A stretch of DNA of 59,651 bases from IMG/VR virus record IMGVR_UViG_3300042332_000610, positions 1 through 59,651 of that record; one strand, written 5' to 3'. The position numbers and the translations under genes are program-made. The stretch is from a virus. Its lineage: Duplodnaviria > Caudoviricetes. The notes beneath the pieces are model-generated. The model was not told where the DNA came from, ran no database searches, and worked only from the letters and a program-made list of their open reading frames with translations. Positions 59,268 to 59,651 of the stretch are shown piece after piece (position 1 is the stretch's first letter; each line of letters begins with the position of its first letter).

Positions 59268-59651
59268 CTAGATATTTAAATTAGCACTTGCAATTAAGAC
59301 ATTTGATGCTGCCAATATTAATGTAAAGTTAAATATATCAATTTTTCCAGCAGAACTTGTTGGTGTTGGTGCTGATCCGCCAACCCATCTAATTGTTTGA
59401 GATGATCCATTTAGATTTATGGTTGTTGGTATATATCCAGTTGAACCTTGTGTAATTAAAAATGACATAGTAATAGATTTAGAAGTAGTTGTTGGAACAT
59501 TTGTTAAACTTATTGTAAAGTTGGCAGTTGGTGCAACTGTAGCATAATGTATTGCTCCATCATTATAATTTGCTGTCATTACATTGGTAGAAAATGAATT
59601 ACTTACAACCGTTTCTCTAACTTCTGCAACATCTAAAATTCCAGGAATAGA
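59268..59651 (-). CDS. Partial fibre linker protein; frame is open to the right edge
   Basis: Upstream of the ORF-track start the frame reads SIPGILDVAEVRETVVSNSFSTNV with no stop; ITQGSTGY...IRWVGGSAPT...IDIFNF. Confidence 0.65.
   Translation of the reverse strand, partial: SIPGILDVAEVRETVVSNSFSTNVMTANYNDGAIHYATVAPTANFTISLTNVPTTTSKSITMSFLITQGSTGYIPTTINLNGSSQTIRWVGGSAPTPTSSAGKIDIFNFTLILAASNVLIASANLNI

Noticed and set aside
43118-59651. Diversity-generating retroelement or invertase shufflon driving tip variation
   Set aside because: No reverse transcriptase, no template/variable repeat pair differing only at adenines, no site-specific recombinase and no inverted cassettes seen in the window
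1-59651. tRNA, rRNA, integrase or terminase genes
   Set aside because: None recognised; intergenic gaps are short and occupied by promoters and terminators. The terminase presumably lies outside this window

Overview
AT-rich 59.6 kb segment of a large tailed dsDNA bacteriophage (siphovirus-like), almost entirely encoded on the minus strand, with no host genes. From left to right it carries: (i) a replication/recombination module (Cas4-like exonuclease, resolvase-like nuclease, RecA-like recombinase, MazG-like protein, DnaE-type polymerase, gp32-like SSB, primase, DnaB helicase); (ii) a tail module with a 2506-aa tape measure protein, a tail-chaperone pair joined by a -1 slippery site, the tail tube and neck genes; (iii) a head module (major capsid, protease-scaffold, portal); (iv) class II ribonucleotide reductase, a glycosyltransferase and a holin; and (v) a ~16.5 kb array of fibre/appendage genes. 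Extended -10 promoters a few bases before start codons (leaderless pattern) suggest an actinobacterial host, which is an inference. The most interesting signals are three. The tape measure protein appears to be a repeat-delimited polyprotein carrying an R-S-E type ADP-ribosyltransferase-like cargo. The fibre array is built from recurring cassettes in which one protein's terminal peptide co-varies with the family of the next gene. A Ser-Ala-Ser motif is enriched in surface virion proteins near a phage glycosyltransferase. All functional calls come from motif recognition by eye; no database searches were run.
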